Positions 47,480-60,330 of a DNA stretch of 64,000 bases are shown here, piece after piece (the first letter of the stretch is position 1; the number at the start of each line of letters is the position of its first letter). The DNA is from Camelus dromedarius (lineage: Eukaryota). The DNA lies in assembly GCF_036321535.1 (NCBI RefSeq), contig NC_087438.1:1738001-1802000 (forward strand). Reading direction: 5' to 3'. Made by a program: the position numbers and the translations under genes. The notes beneath the pieces were generated by a model. The model was not told the origin of the DNA and ran no database searches. It saw only the letters and a list, made by a program, of their open reading frames with translations.

Positions 47480-50400
47480 CATTCTGGTGAAGTCATCTTT
47501 AAAACAACGTGTCTACCATAGCCAAGTGCATGGCTGCGCTGACCCCCGCTCCCCCCATGCTCTGCCTCTGTACCAGCCCCCTTCCCACCGCCAAATGCCC
47601 AGCAGCTTGTGGTTTCTCCAGAACAAAGCCCATCAAAGCTACTTAACTACGAGCCAAATATTTTCTATATTAGAACATAGTTCTAATAGACCCTAAAGAA
47701 TATGTGGAAAATGTTCATTTTACAATCAAGTTTTTAGTATGTAGCTTCCTTGCTACAATTGGGAGACATTTAGTTCCTAAGCTCAGAAATTGTAAATACT
47801 GATTGCCACGTAAGCATTAAAAAAGGAGATTTTCTTTCAGCATCTTTACGCCAACATATCATAGTCTTCATTATTATGGGTGTTACAAATTACTGGGTCC
47901 CTTCAAAGTGGACATGTGGCTATTTTCCATTTTCTAGTTAATTTTACACATTTACTGCTGTTTTTCAAACCGAGCATGCAGGGAGTCCCGTCCTTTTCTG
48001 CGTGCTTGGTCTTGACTGGAGCAAACGGCTCTCGCTGAAGCCACGTGACATCCACTCTTTATGGCTGCCTTCACTTCAAGCACCTTTCATCCCAAATTAT
48101 TTCATTTTGGAAAGACTTTATTTTGGAAGCCAATGGGAAAAGGATGTGTGCTTTTCAAAAGCTTTTGAAGCCAAGATATGATTGAGAGATGTTTCTTATT
48201 TTTTTACATAAAATGTGAATAAATCATCTCCAGCCTGAGCCGTGCAATGAAAATGTGGTTCAGAACAGCACGGTATTGTGGAAACTTGCAAAAGTAGAAC
48301 CAGGTGGTCCTCGTGGAAGTGCGTCTTCTCCTCCACGTGGAGAACCACCATGCGTTAGGTCCCGAGTGTAGCAGGAGGCTTAAATGAATTAGCGGACAAA
48401 TTCCCCACTTACCACGTCTCTGCAACAGTCTGGCTGAATCAGCAGAGACCAGCTTCCCCCTGCAGGGAACAGACTGGACAGCACTGGTCTCGAAAAACTT
48501 CTTTGTTTCCATGGGAAAACATCTTGTTGACCATTGGAATAAAAATGCAAACCCACAGAAGCTAAAATCTAGAATATTTTCTTCTTGCTTTTCAGGAAAC
48601 GTTTGTAACAATAAATAGAGCATCAGAGTGTCCCAGGTGCACTGCGGCGCCAACGCGGACGGCGTGCGGGCTGGGCAGTAAAGCGGGGCCTCCACGCGGG
48701 CTTTCTGACAGCGCGGTAGGAGAAAGCGTGCACGGGGCTGAAGGTGTCTCGTTGCTTTGCGCTCACGGGCATTTTTGGATCAACTTCTCTGTGAATATTC
48801 CTCAGTGAGGGGAGGTTCTCTCCCCATTTACCGCTCAGCCCTACTCACGTGTGACCGTATTCGCTTGGCATTTTTACGTCAGGTGTATCTATATGAACTA
48901 ACCCAAAGTAAGAGGACAGTGAGCCCTGATGTCTCGCTCTTTTAACTTTGAATGCCTCTTACTATTTTAATTCTCAGTGATATTAGAAAAAAATGACTGT
49001 TGCGTACATGTGTTAAGCACTTGGGTGGATCCCTTTGAATCTTAGGCTGGCGCTCTCGTGAAAAGCGGATGCGTGTGTCTCTGCGCACACAGGCAGACAG
49101 CGTCAGGAGCCCCTTCCCTGCCGTGGTAACCTTTCCACACACTTTCCAACCTGTCTGGGTTTTCCTGAAGGTCGACTGGGTTTTCAGCTGTGTTATCTGC
49201 TAGGTGTTTGATGGAGTGGTCCAGATAACAGGGAGAGAGCAAAGGGAAGAGAAGTTTTTGAAGATCAAAAGTGGCTGTTCATTTTGTTATCTGACCCTAT
49301 CTGTTGTCATGGTAACAGGCCTCTTTTAACCTGTGTCATTGGGTGATTTGTCTCCATCTGCTCGAGTTCTCCTTTGACTGTGGCGCGGCTCGGCCTGCGA
49401 GGAGACCGTTCCAGCCTCTCTGTGAAGCTGCGCTGAGGGGGCCAACGGCACGGTCCCCACGTCGGTAGGATTTAAACTACATTTTCAGTCTAAGCCGCTA
49501 TCTTAACTTCGGAGGAGATAAAGCCAGCAGAGACGCTTTCTCCCTGGTTTTACAACGTCCAGGCAAATGTCATTTAGAAAGGAAATGAATGAACATGTCG
49601 ACTCTGATGCTCAGGACAGGCCACCAGGAAAGCGAGCCAGCACAGGACGGCGTTTGAAGTGAACTTGCAGCGAAAGGGGCGGAATGAAGTTGGTCTGCTG
49701 TCCGGCGGCTGCGGGAGGCGCGCGGGGGCCGGCGGCTCCCTTCCTCCTGCCAGCGTTGGGCAGTCCGCTCCCATCACGGCCCCCAGGGCCGACCGCAATC
49801 AGGTCTGCTTGTTCTCAAGTAAGGCTTTCAGAAAGCTGAGTTCCAGAGGTGAGCCTTCTCTTGTTGGTCGTTCTGAAGGCGTGTCGCATCTGTGACATTC
49901 CTTTCAGGTTTGGCAAGTAAAGGCATCTTTGAAATGACCGTTTGGTGTCTACCTGGATCACAGCCACAACCCCCTCCCAGGACCTCATTATCCCAGCACC
50001 CCCAGCACCTCTCTTTCTGCAGGTGTGTCCACGAGAGCGCCACCCGCGAACACTGGCCCGGAGCCAGGTCGGGAGAAGTTCCAGAACCAGCCTCTCTGGG
50101 TGCAGTGCCGCTGGGGGGAGCCTGCCTCTCTCAGCTGGGGGTCCTGTCCCTCCTGTCCAGCGGCAGAAGGCAGAGGCAGCCCCTCCTGTACCCGAGGTGT
50201 CTTGCCGAGGTCACCCCCAACCCCACTTCCACGGGCCCAGGATTCAAGTGTGTGGCCTGGTTAAGCCCGGATGCGTGTCCCTGCCGTCCTCCCTTGGTTT
50301 TAAAAACCCTCTAGGCACGCAGCACCTCAGATGAATTTCTGAGCAGTCATGCAGTTAACAAGACACACATCACTTGGCAGGTTCCTGATGGGTTTGTGCA

Positions 50401-53286
50401 GACCAAGGAAAGCTTTCCTACCCCCGGCTCTGGGTGAACCCCGCCTCTGCTCTGTGGAAGGTTCCCTCCAGGAATACGGGAGGCAAGGGGCCCATCGGCG
50501 GCTGGAGCCACCCTCTGCAGCCCAGGAGCTCCTGCCCAGCCACGCTGAGGGGAGCCGAGTCCTGCCTCCCGGCTCTGAGGGGGCTCGGCAGGCCAGCCTG
50601 TCGATGCCTCGGTCTGTCCATCTAGCAAATGGGCGCCACAGGACAGTGTGAGTCAGGGAGACACTTTTCTGGAGTGCTTGGCGAGGAGCTGGACACACGG
50701 CAAGACTGAAGCCCCTGCCATTGTGGCCAAGGAGGAGCCAGAGGCATGGGGGCTGGTCCCCACCCCGTTGGCACCTGCTCCCGTCCCCAGACGCGCGGGC
50801 CGGCATTTACCTGCTGCATGGGCTCCGGAGGCCGGCTCCAGCAGACGCAGGGCAGCTTTGGCACTGAGATAACAGGGCAGACAGTTAAAGGCAATTAGCC
50901 TCAAGTTGCTGGAAACGTTCTTGGACTGGGGAGTTGGTGGCCTCTGCTCGTGGACACCTCCCTCCACTTGGGACCCCAGCAACTCTCTGCCTGCCCGAGG
51001 TGCCTTCCATTCCGCCCAGGTTGTCAAAGTCTGTGCAGATGAGCTGACGTTGGTCACCTGGGCTGGTGTACCTTCTGTTCTGGCGTTCTCACCCCCACAC
51101 AAGCCAGGTGGGACAGGAAGGGACACACACACACACACAAACACACACACGACACCACGCGTCCCAGGCACCAGCCGGGCTCCCCACTCCAAGGCAGCCC
51201 CTCGGAGCCTCACTCCGGGCTGGGTTCCATTCTGTAAGACCCACGGAGCCCAAGTTTGCCATGTGGGTGCTTAGCAGGCAGGAGGCAGCAAAGGAGCAAA
51301 GAAGAAGGAACTTCTCAGCCCAAACCAGGTGTGGTGGCGGCGGGAAGGGGCGGGAGGAGGGAAACCCACCGTGGGCGCGGCGGGAGCAGCCGCGGAGTCG
51401 GGGGGAATGTCACAAAGTAGCTGCCGAAGCAGCCGTGGAAAAGCTTGAGTTGTGAGTTTTATGGGCAAAGAAGGATTAAAATTGACGTTTTCGTCATCAT
51501 TTGTGAAAACGACGGGTGGAATGTCACAAACGTGCTTGTGTATGTGTCCTCCCCCAAGTCTGAGGATAAAGGTGAACAAGAGGGCAGCTTTGGGTCGTTT
51601 AAATACTCACGGAAATGGTAAGATCAACTTGTAAGGCTCTGACACAACCACACTCCTTTATTTCTATTCTCAGATTCTCAGTATAAACATGAGAGCTTCT
51701 GACATGGAGCTGCAATGAGCTAGTGTGTTCAATTATATTGAATATTTCCCCAGGACCTTAAATATAAGCTGAAAATTTGATAAATTCGATACGTTTATTT
51801 ATCTAACTTTCAAAAGGAAATTTTAGGACAGAATAAACTTCATTCTCTAGAGAGCTAGTCAAATTTATTTTTAGACCCATTGGTTAAAAAATACAACTTT
51901 CTAACCCCTCCAAATATACTTATCAAAATATCAACTACTAAATAGATTCAGTTTCTTAAGTTAATTCCAGGGAGTTCATTTAGCACTTTGGCTGCTAAAT
52001 ACGTATTTTAGCAACTCGTTTCTGGTACACAGTTGAACTGAAAATATAAATCAGCTTCTCCTTGTGCTGTGCCCCCGTCATTTCCATGGGTGGGCCGGGT
52101 GACACACACAGCCTCAATCTATTCGAGATCAGAACAGGCATACGGGAAACTCCTAGAGACAGCAGGAACAGGGTTTTATTAATATCCTTAGGCCCAAGGA
52201 TGTCCTGCTTACGAAGGTGATGTCTCAAGGTCCTGGGAACAAAATCCTTCCAGAAGCAGATTTCTCAGAAGAGGTGACGGAGCCCTAAGACCTCTGGCAG
52301 CCTTGCGAAGGGTCCGCCCCGTCCCCCACTGGAGGACCCAGCCGTGCTGGGACACTTGTCTGTAGGGACCATGTTGTCCAGCAGGGCACCTGCCATTGAT
52401 GGCAACTCAGGTGTGTGTGCTTCCCCTCCACCCCAATGCCGCAGGAGCTCCTGGGTCCTGTCTTCCATGGCATTTCAGCCTCGGGATCCCCAAGTACATT
52501 ACCTTTCTTATGAACCCTGCCCATTTCTTACCCTTAAACAGCCTTTCTCTCCCTCTGACATTAGAGCTACAGCAAAGTGGTATCAAACCATGATTTTCCC
52601 AGCTACTCCATTCTCGAGAGCCCTTACCCTCCAACATGAGCATTGACGATGAGCTTATGGTTGAAACTGTCAGCTGTGTGTCACATGGAGTCACCGCGGT
52701 TGTCTTCACACCACTAGGGATGGCTTCGTTGAATAAGGTTGTGCTTAATAACTGGAAAAATATCTCATGTTAGTAATACTTTAAAATAAAAGCGTGAAAA
52801 ATTCATAGATAAACTATATAAATATTTTCAGGAGAATATCTTTTCTTTGCTTGTTTGTTTGTAATGAAAATAGTTTCTAAAAGCCTTGCAAATACTTCAA
52901 AAAATAGGCCTTTTGACAATCCATAGAAAATCGTTCATCAGTTGCCTACAATGACGAAGGAACTCTGGGCAGAAATGATGTGATTGAATAACCAATTTTA
53001 TAATATCTTAATACACTTTCATACCTGGCTTTAGGCACATATTTAAAAATGAGTAAAAAGGGCAAGAGAAAATGGTTAAAACTAATTTGTGAAAAAGGCA
53101 GAGAAGAAAACCCGTTATTTTCCTCGCTTGGACCGTCACTTGCAAGAGATTCCTTTTAGCCTCTTAAGATGGTGGGAAAGAGAGGCCTTCGTGCTGCTAA
53201 ATAGAGGGTGTCACTAGTTTAAATTGCTTATATGGGTACAAACACAGAAAGTAAAGACAATCTAATAAATGTATTGAGAGGAGAGC

Positions 53287-53419
53287 GGGGCGGGCAGGGG
53301 GAGGGCACAGCTCAGGGTCAGAGCACGTGCTGAGCAGGCATGAGGTCCGGGTTCCACATCCAGTCCCTCCATTAAAAATGAATAAATAGATAAACCTAAT
53401 TACTCCCCCTCACACACCA
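53287..53419 (+). mobile_element. Camelid tRNA-derived SINE (vic-1 type)
   Basis: ggggagggcacagctcagggtcagagcacgtgctgagcaggcatgaggtccgggttcc...cctccattaaaaa...aaacctaattactccccc. Confidence 0.9.
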
Positions 53420-53515
53420 GAAAGAAAGAAAGAAAAAAAGAAAGAAAGAAAGAAAGGAAGAAAGAAAGGAAGAAAGGAAGAAAGGAAGGAAGGAAGGAAG
53501 GAAGGAAGGAAGGAA

Positions 53516-53601
<86 letters not shown>

Positions 53602-53636
53602 AATGAATCTGAAAAAAAGAGAAAGAAAAAAAAAAA
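53420..53636. repeat. Compound (GAAA)n/(GGAA)n microsatellite in the SINE tail
   Basis: Direct reading. Confidence 0.97.
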
Positions 53637-54849
53637 GAGGAGTGAGCAGATGCCAAGAGAAACGCATCTCATTTCACAAGCTTTGCCCCCGTTCCTGGTT
53701 ATCCTTGGTTTTAAATGCTAAACATTCATTTACATAAGAGTTTGGTTTTAAACATTGTTATGTATCTGGTTTCTTTTTCATGAAGACTTTTCCCTCCCAC
53801 AGAAAACACTTGCAAGTAAGTTTCAAAAGCTCTGTCCCCGCCTGGTTTCCGAGAAGCCGGAGGAGGAGACTGGCCCCTTCGGACCCGCGGACCCAGCTCT
53901 CCCGGCAGGTCAGGCCTCGGGAGGGGACTTTGTCACATGGAAATGTTTAACGGTCCAGCTCACAGCCCGTGGAGGTCGCGTTTTATCTGTGCAGGGTTGG
54001 AACATGATCCTTTCAAAGCCAGATAACCCAGGAAAGCCCTCTCCAAGGGCACCGCTGCTCACACGCTGCCCCTGGGCGTGGTCCCCGGGGTCCGTGATTA
54101 GGATTTGATAAGGGGGCTTCCTTGTAGTTTTCTACTTGGACTTCAGTTCTTACGTTACTGCAAAATAATATGCTCTCTTATTTTTTTTTAAGCAGCGAAG
54201 GCAATTTTAAGATTGAAAAGCAAGTTAGCCATTGAGGCAAGCTTTCGGACTTTGAATTTGCACACGGAAGTATATTGAAACGTTTGAAGTTGCACTTAAC
54301 GCTCAGCCTAGTCAGCTCCATCTGACCGACCCTCACCTCTGTCTAATCCTCGAATCTCAACACTCCGGTTTCCTGGCTAATTTTAGAAAGGAGGTGCCTT
54401 CTTACTAACTTTCCACTGAGAGAGTACTTTAAATGATAAAGATTGTGTTTAATATAGGTGCCATCAAGTGCAAACTGTTACTGGCCAACCTGAGTCAGTC
54501 TAGATTTTTCCACTCATTAAAGTCATGCGTTTGCCTGAGAACTTACCAGCTCCCCACAGACAGACACCCTCTGCGTCTTTACTTCACCTCTGTGGCAGCT
54601 CCAAAGCCCTCACCTTCTCCAACTATTAGGCAGGAAAATTTAGGATTTCCCTTCACCCCCAATTCGTAGTGGACTTTTTTTTTTTTTTTGGTAAAATACA
54701 ATAACAATATAAATAATGAACAAAAAAAATTAAACCTTTAAATCACTAGGTTCAACAGACATAAAATTGCTCTGTCACAGTGGCGTGACAGTTTCCAAGT
54801 ACTTACTCTCAATTCTGTTCTTAATTGGGTCTGAACAGGAGACAAGGCA

Positions 54850-55928
54850 TTTGCAGACCATCACTGCTGAATTGTGTCTATGGTCAACTAGTTTTGGACA
54901 AGAGTGCCAAGGCCATTCAATGGGGAAAGAATGGTTTTTCAACAAGTGGTGCTGGGACGACTGAATAGTCACAGGCAAAAGAATGAAGTCGGACCCCTAC
55001 CTCACACCACTTACAGAATCCACTCGAAATAAATCAGTGACCTAAATGTGAGAACTAAACAATAAAATTCTTAGAAAATAACACAGTGGTCAGTTTTCAT
55101 GACTGTGGATTTGACAATGGAGTGGAGAGACGACACCCAAGGCATGAGCAATAAAGGACTAAACGGATAAACTGGACTTCATCAAAACTAAGAACTTCAG
55201 TTCTTCAAAGTATGCCATCAAGAAAGTAAAAAGAGCACAGTATGAGAGAAGGCGCTTGCAGATCATCTGTCTGATGAGGGATCGTAGCTAGAATGCATAA
55301 GGAGCCCTCACACTCAAAAGTAAGAGGCAGACCCTTCAATTTAAGGGAAATGCAAATCCCAACAATAATGATACAGTCCTTCCCACTGACTAAGGAGGCT
55401 GGAATCCAGCCAGATAACAACACACATGGCACAGATGTGGAGAAATCAGAACCCGCATCCACTGTTGGTGGGAATGTAGAATGGTGCAGCCACCTTGGAA
55501 ACAGCCTGGCCGCTCCTCCAAGGATTAGACATAGACTTGCCTCATGACCCTGCAATCCTACCTCTGGGTGTACATCTGCCAGAAAAGAAAACATTCTCTG
55601 TGCAAAAACTTGAGCACAAATGTTCACAGCAGCATTATTCATAGGAGCCGAAAGGTGGAGACAACTCAAATGCTCACAGTCTATGGATAAATAAGCAGAA
55701 TGTGGTATATCCACAAAGTGAAATAGTATGCAGCCACGAAAAGGAGTGAAGTATGGACACGTGCTACACGACAGATGGAGCTTTAGAACATCGGGCCGGG
55801 TGAAAATGGCCAGCACAAAACACCACGTGCTGTATGATGCCATCTATATGAACTGAGTTATAGCTAAACTTTGGGTCTGGGGATAGCTTTTTAAGATGAT
55901 CAAAATATTCTAATACTGACTGTGGTGT
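54850..55928 (+). mobile_element. L1 (L1MB-like) ORF2 3' end and 3' UTR with internal deletions
   Basis: KEWFFNKWCWDD in ORF 54767-54964; ctgttggtgggaatgtagaatggtgcagcc; aatgttcacagcagcattattcatag. Confidence 0.9.
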
Positions 55929-55934
55929 TTTGCT

Positions 55935-56620
55935 TTGATTCCACATATGAGTGACATCATATGGCATTTTGCTTTTTCTTTCTGGCTTACTTCACTTAGA
56001 ATGACATTCTCCAGGGACATCTATGTTGCTGCAAATGGCATTATGTTGTCATTTTTATGGCTGAGTAGTATTCCGTTGTATAAATATACCACATCTTCTT
56101 TATCCAGTCATCTGTCCATGGACATTTAGGTTGTTTCCATGTCTTGGCTGTTGTAAATAGTGCTGCTGTGAACATTGGGGTGCATGTGTCTTTTCAAATT
56201 AGTTTTCTCAGGATATATGCCCAAGGATTGGGATTGCTGGATCACATGGTAAGTCTGTTTTCAGTTTTTTGAGGAATCTCCATACTTTTTCCCACAGTGC
56301 TCTCACCAAACTACATTCCCACCCACAGTGTAGGGGGTTCCCTTTTCTCCACACCCTCTCCAGCATTTACTGTTTGTGGACATTTTAATGAAGGCCATTC
56401 TGACTGGTGTGAGGTGATACCTCACTGTAGTTTTGTTCTTTCTTTTTTAGTTTCTTTTGTTTTTTTTTTTTTTTGGAGGGAGGAGGTAATTTGGTTTATT
56501 AATTTAATTTTTTTTAATGGAGATCTAGGGACTGAACCCAGGACCTCATGCGTGCTAAGCATGCGCTCTACCACTTGAGCTGTACCCTACCCCGACCTCA
56601 TTGTAGTTTTGATTTGTGCA
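55935..56620 (-). mobile_element. Younger-looking L1 3' fragment, antisense, interrupted by a SINE
   Basis: Well-preserved tctggcttacttcacttagaatgaca...tgttgctgcaaatggcatt...gtaaatagtgctgctgtgaacattggggtgcatgtgtc...gattgctggatcacatggt. Confidence 0.92.
56436..56594 (-). mobile_element. Camelid tRNA-derived SINE (vic-1 type) with 17-bp TSD
   Basis: gaacccaggacctcatgcgtgctaagcatgcgctctaccacttgagctgtaccctacccc; TSD acctcactgtagttttg (56419-56435) / acctcattgtagttttg (56595-56611). Confidence 0.95.
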
Positions 56621-57545
56621 TAATGACTGATATAAATAGAGCCTTTGGTGGCTAACAAAAAGAAAATCTCTCAGCCTCCCAAAAGAAGATTAAAATTCTC
56701 TACACAAAATCCCCAAAATTTTTTGACAAGAAAATAAAACAAACAAATAAACGTGTTTGGTTTCTGTTAAACTGTGATTTGGCCCATTTAGACACCGAAG
56801 TCTGGTCCCAGTATCTGGTCTGCGCTCTGACACCTGTTCCCCTGCAGACTAAGGTGGGATGCTGGCGACCGCAAAGACCCAAACAGGACGGCACATGAGG
56901 TGCCCGAAGTCCTCCTTCATCCAGGGGCGTGGAGGTCGTGCAAATGCAATGGGGAGCATTCCACTGCGAAGGAGGCTTTCTCTGCACACGGATTGCTTGT
57001 TCCTCCCTGGATGGTTGCCCACCCCCATCCTGTCTTCATCAGAACACCTGTTTGAAGTCCAGGCTGGAACCCTGGATTCAGGGCAAGCCAAGCTAGTTTT
57101 AAAAATGAAGGGTGTGAAACTTCCTTCCTGGTGGGTGATGGTTGACCCCTGGGGCAGTTTTACACCAGGTGGTGCCGGGAAGCCCGAGGCTTTCCAGCTC
57201 GTGTTCTAAAACGCAGAGCAGCTCGGGAGGGAGGAAGAGGAGAAGGACCTCCCAGCCCCGCCTCCGCTCCAGGCTCTGTACATCCGAGCACTTCCAGTTT
57301 CTTATGAGGATCCTTTGGGACCTGCCTGTTTTAGAGATTAAAAAAAAAAAAAAAGGAGTTCAGAAAAACCCTTAGTAAACTGGACAAGCTTATGTCCTGA
57401 AGCTCGAGTCGCTCCCTGGTCGGCTGTCCCCCTCCTCCAACCCGCGTCATGGAGGGAAGCGCACCCGGGAACAGGCCTGACGTGAAACTTCCCAGAGGCT
57501 AGTGCTTGGTGAGGAATTGCTGAAACACAGTGACAGGCATTATCC

Positions 57546-58145
57546 CTTTTTAAAAATGACTTTATTGAAATATAACTTACACGCCATAAAATTCACCCAT
57601 TTCTAGTATACAGGTTCATGAGTTTGAGTAAACTTGCAGAGCCTTGCAACCCCCGGCAGAGTCTAACTGTAGAACACTTACATCACCCCCCGAAGAGAGA
57701 AGGTGCCTGCTTGTCACCGCCTGCCAGCCCTGCCGCCAGCCCCGCCGCCAGCCCCGCCGCCAGCCCGGCAACCACATCCACTTCCCTTCTCCAGCGGGCC
57801 GCCTTTGCTGGGCGTCTCATTTAGGTGGAATTCTAGCACACACGTCTGACCGTCGTGACTGGCTTCCTCCGCCAGCATAACGCTTTTCAGATTTATCCGT
57901 GCTGCAGACTGAGGCTTCACTCCTTCGGATTGCTGCAGAGCACTCCATCATGAGGACAGACCACGTTTTGTTTACTCACCTCCCTCTTGATGGACATTTG
58001 AGTTGTTCCTACTTTTGAGCTGCAGGGAACAAAACTCCACGGACATTTGCACACAAGTCTTTGTGTGGACAATGATTCCCACTTCTTCTGGGTAGACTCC
58101 TGGCATTGTCTTTTAAATGTGCATATGATAGTCAAACTTAAGAAA
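57546..58145 (-). mobile_element. L1 (L1MB/MC-like) 3' end, antisense, with an internal 12-bp tandem expansion
   Basis: ctttattgaaatataacttacacgccataaaattcacccatttc...ttgatggacatttgagttgttcc...cacaagtctttgtgtggac. Confidence 0.88.
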
Positions 58146-59439
58146 GCCCCAGATTTCTTTTTGTCTATTTTTAAATATTGTGCTTTGAGTGTAAACCCAT
58201 GTATGTGTGCATTTTTTTAAATGTGACCGGGACCATGAATTTACTCTACAAGAGCAGATCAAGGCTCTGTAAACGCCTTATGCTCATCATTCCATATTTT
58301 CCCCCCTTTCTGATATTTTTGAGGAGTTCAGATTAAGCCTAAGGTCTGTCTGACAGAGCACAAGGGACAAATCTAGGTTGAGGGAGGGACAGAAAGAAAA
58401 GTTCATTTCTGAATTAAGAGGGTCGACCAAACAAACGGTAGCTGGATTGGAGGAAATCCTGCGATGCTCCAGGGCCCATCACTTCTCCAAGCTGAACGGT
58501 GATTGTCGCCCTGACCCATTGGGGACATGGAGGGGAAACCCCCAAAACGGATCTCCAGGGAGAAAAATGCTAGGAAACGATTTTCCTGGGCGTTACTGTG
58601 GATGGGAGCTACCGTGCTGCCACGTACAGATCTCAGGGGCCAAACGTCCTAGAGTTACGACGGGAACGAGGACTCCGAGTGCAGACCGTGAACGTGCAGG
58701 AGGGAGACAGGGTTTGGGTCAGTCAGATTACTCAAGTGCATGGGAATTTCTGGGCTAAAATTTTAATTTTATAAAAATTTTTCCTTGTACTTTTTTTGAA
58801 AACTAAATAATTCAGACTGAATGGTTCAAAAAGTAATTTATACATATTGTGGCACAGATTTTATGCGTTTGGAATACACATTTCCTCATCGTTCGATCGT
58901 GGAAACTACCACAATTAATGCTAACATACAAATACATTTGATGAGTTCCAGGAAAGAGCCTGGAAAGTTCCAGGTGCCTCCAGCTGGACACTACTTCTGG
59001 GTGGGCTGGGCTGGCACTGCCGTCCTCACACACGGCCCCCAAGGTAGGAACATGGATTTGAGACTGTCTCTGTCTCTCCCCCAGCACCGCAGCCTCCGGG
59101 CTCCCGGGGGAAGCACAGTACAGCTGCTGTCTGGAAGACCCCGCACTGAGGATCCACCACCAGCTGTCCCCTGTTGTCTTAGGACTTTATTCTGGAAGTT
59201 CTAGGCATTAATATAAAGCAGTTAAAAAATTGAAAAGCAGGAGGCAAGAGTCACGTCGTTTTCAGAAAAATAACTGTTCACCTGTAAAACTCAAGAGAGG
59301 CAGGGAGAACTGTTCACTCCGTGAGGAGCTCAGCAGAAGCTGCGGGCGCAGCGGACGGGCTGGGGGACTCACGCGCCGGAGCAGAGATCAGCCCGTGCTC
59401 ACCCACAGGGACGCCACAGAGAGTTTAGTGGGAGACACT

Positions 59440-60330
59440 GCGTTCCCTGTAACAACAAAACCTAAAAAATACTGGGAAACAGAAGTAATGGAAACGTGCG
59501 GGGTGCTGAGGCGGAAGCCTGCCTCGTCTGAAAGATGCTCGTAACAGCTGCAGGGGAAATGCCAGGTTTCTGGGCAAGACTACACTGTGAAAGACCAGTC
59601 CCTTTCGGTCAATTTATAAACACTGTATGATTCCAATAAAATGCTGAGGTTCGCCTAAAATGACACGTGGCTATTACAGTCCAGGTTATTGTAAAAGAAG
59701 ACTAAGAGAGATGGTAAACTTGCCCGATACTGTGAGACACGATGAGGTTACGATAAATACAGAGAGCTAACAGGAGGACTAAAGCAGGGCGGAGAAACCA
59801 GAAACAGACTGAGTTAGAGAGACGTGGCGCACAGACGACAGGGGAAGCCTTTCTAATCATCTGGGGAGCGACCACGAGCTAAACGGTCAGTCCTGGGGAA
59901 ACATGCAATCGGGTCTTTGTTCCGCACCTCGTGCCGAAGCGGAGACCTACCCGGTTGGGGTCAAATGTAAAGAGAACCCAGAACATTCGCCTGAGGGCAG
60001 AGCAGGGTCTGTCTTCCTAAGAACAACACCAGAGATAGAAACCACAGAAGACTCATAAAGTTGATTAAACACACATTTTTAAAAAATTGGTCAGTATATA
60101 AAATAATGAACAGCATCCATCACATTAAAAGTTCAGACAAAAAACTAGGAAAAAGTTGTGGACCCGCCGGCCACGGGAGGGCTTCTATCTTGCCCGTGGG
60201 CTAATGCGGAGACCTGTCATAAAAGAAAAAATCACAGTAAATCCTGGAAGTCATCTTTTGTTGAGATGTGAGACCAAAGAGAGAAGCAAGATGACGCCAA
60301 CAGCACTTTGCAGGAGACAGAGAAGTGAAC
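59440..60330 (+). mobile_element. Highly diverged L1 ORF2 3' fragment
   Basis: A-rich with remnants such as aatttataaacactgtatgattccaataaaa, agaaaccagaaacagact and aaaagttcagacaaaaaactagg. Confidence 0.5.

Noticed and set aside
47668..47688. Hairpin TATTAGAAC-ata-GTTCTAATA
   Set aside because: A 9-bp AT-rich stem, too short for a pre-miRNA or MITE, with no supporting context.
52090..52540. Possible ERV-type solo LTR
   Set aside because: LTR-like texture and an ...aca end, but I could not match it to any family; needs RepeatMasker.
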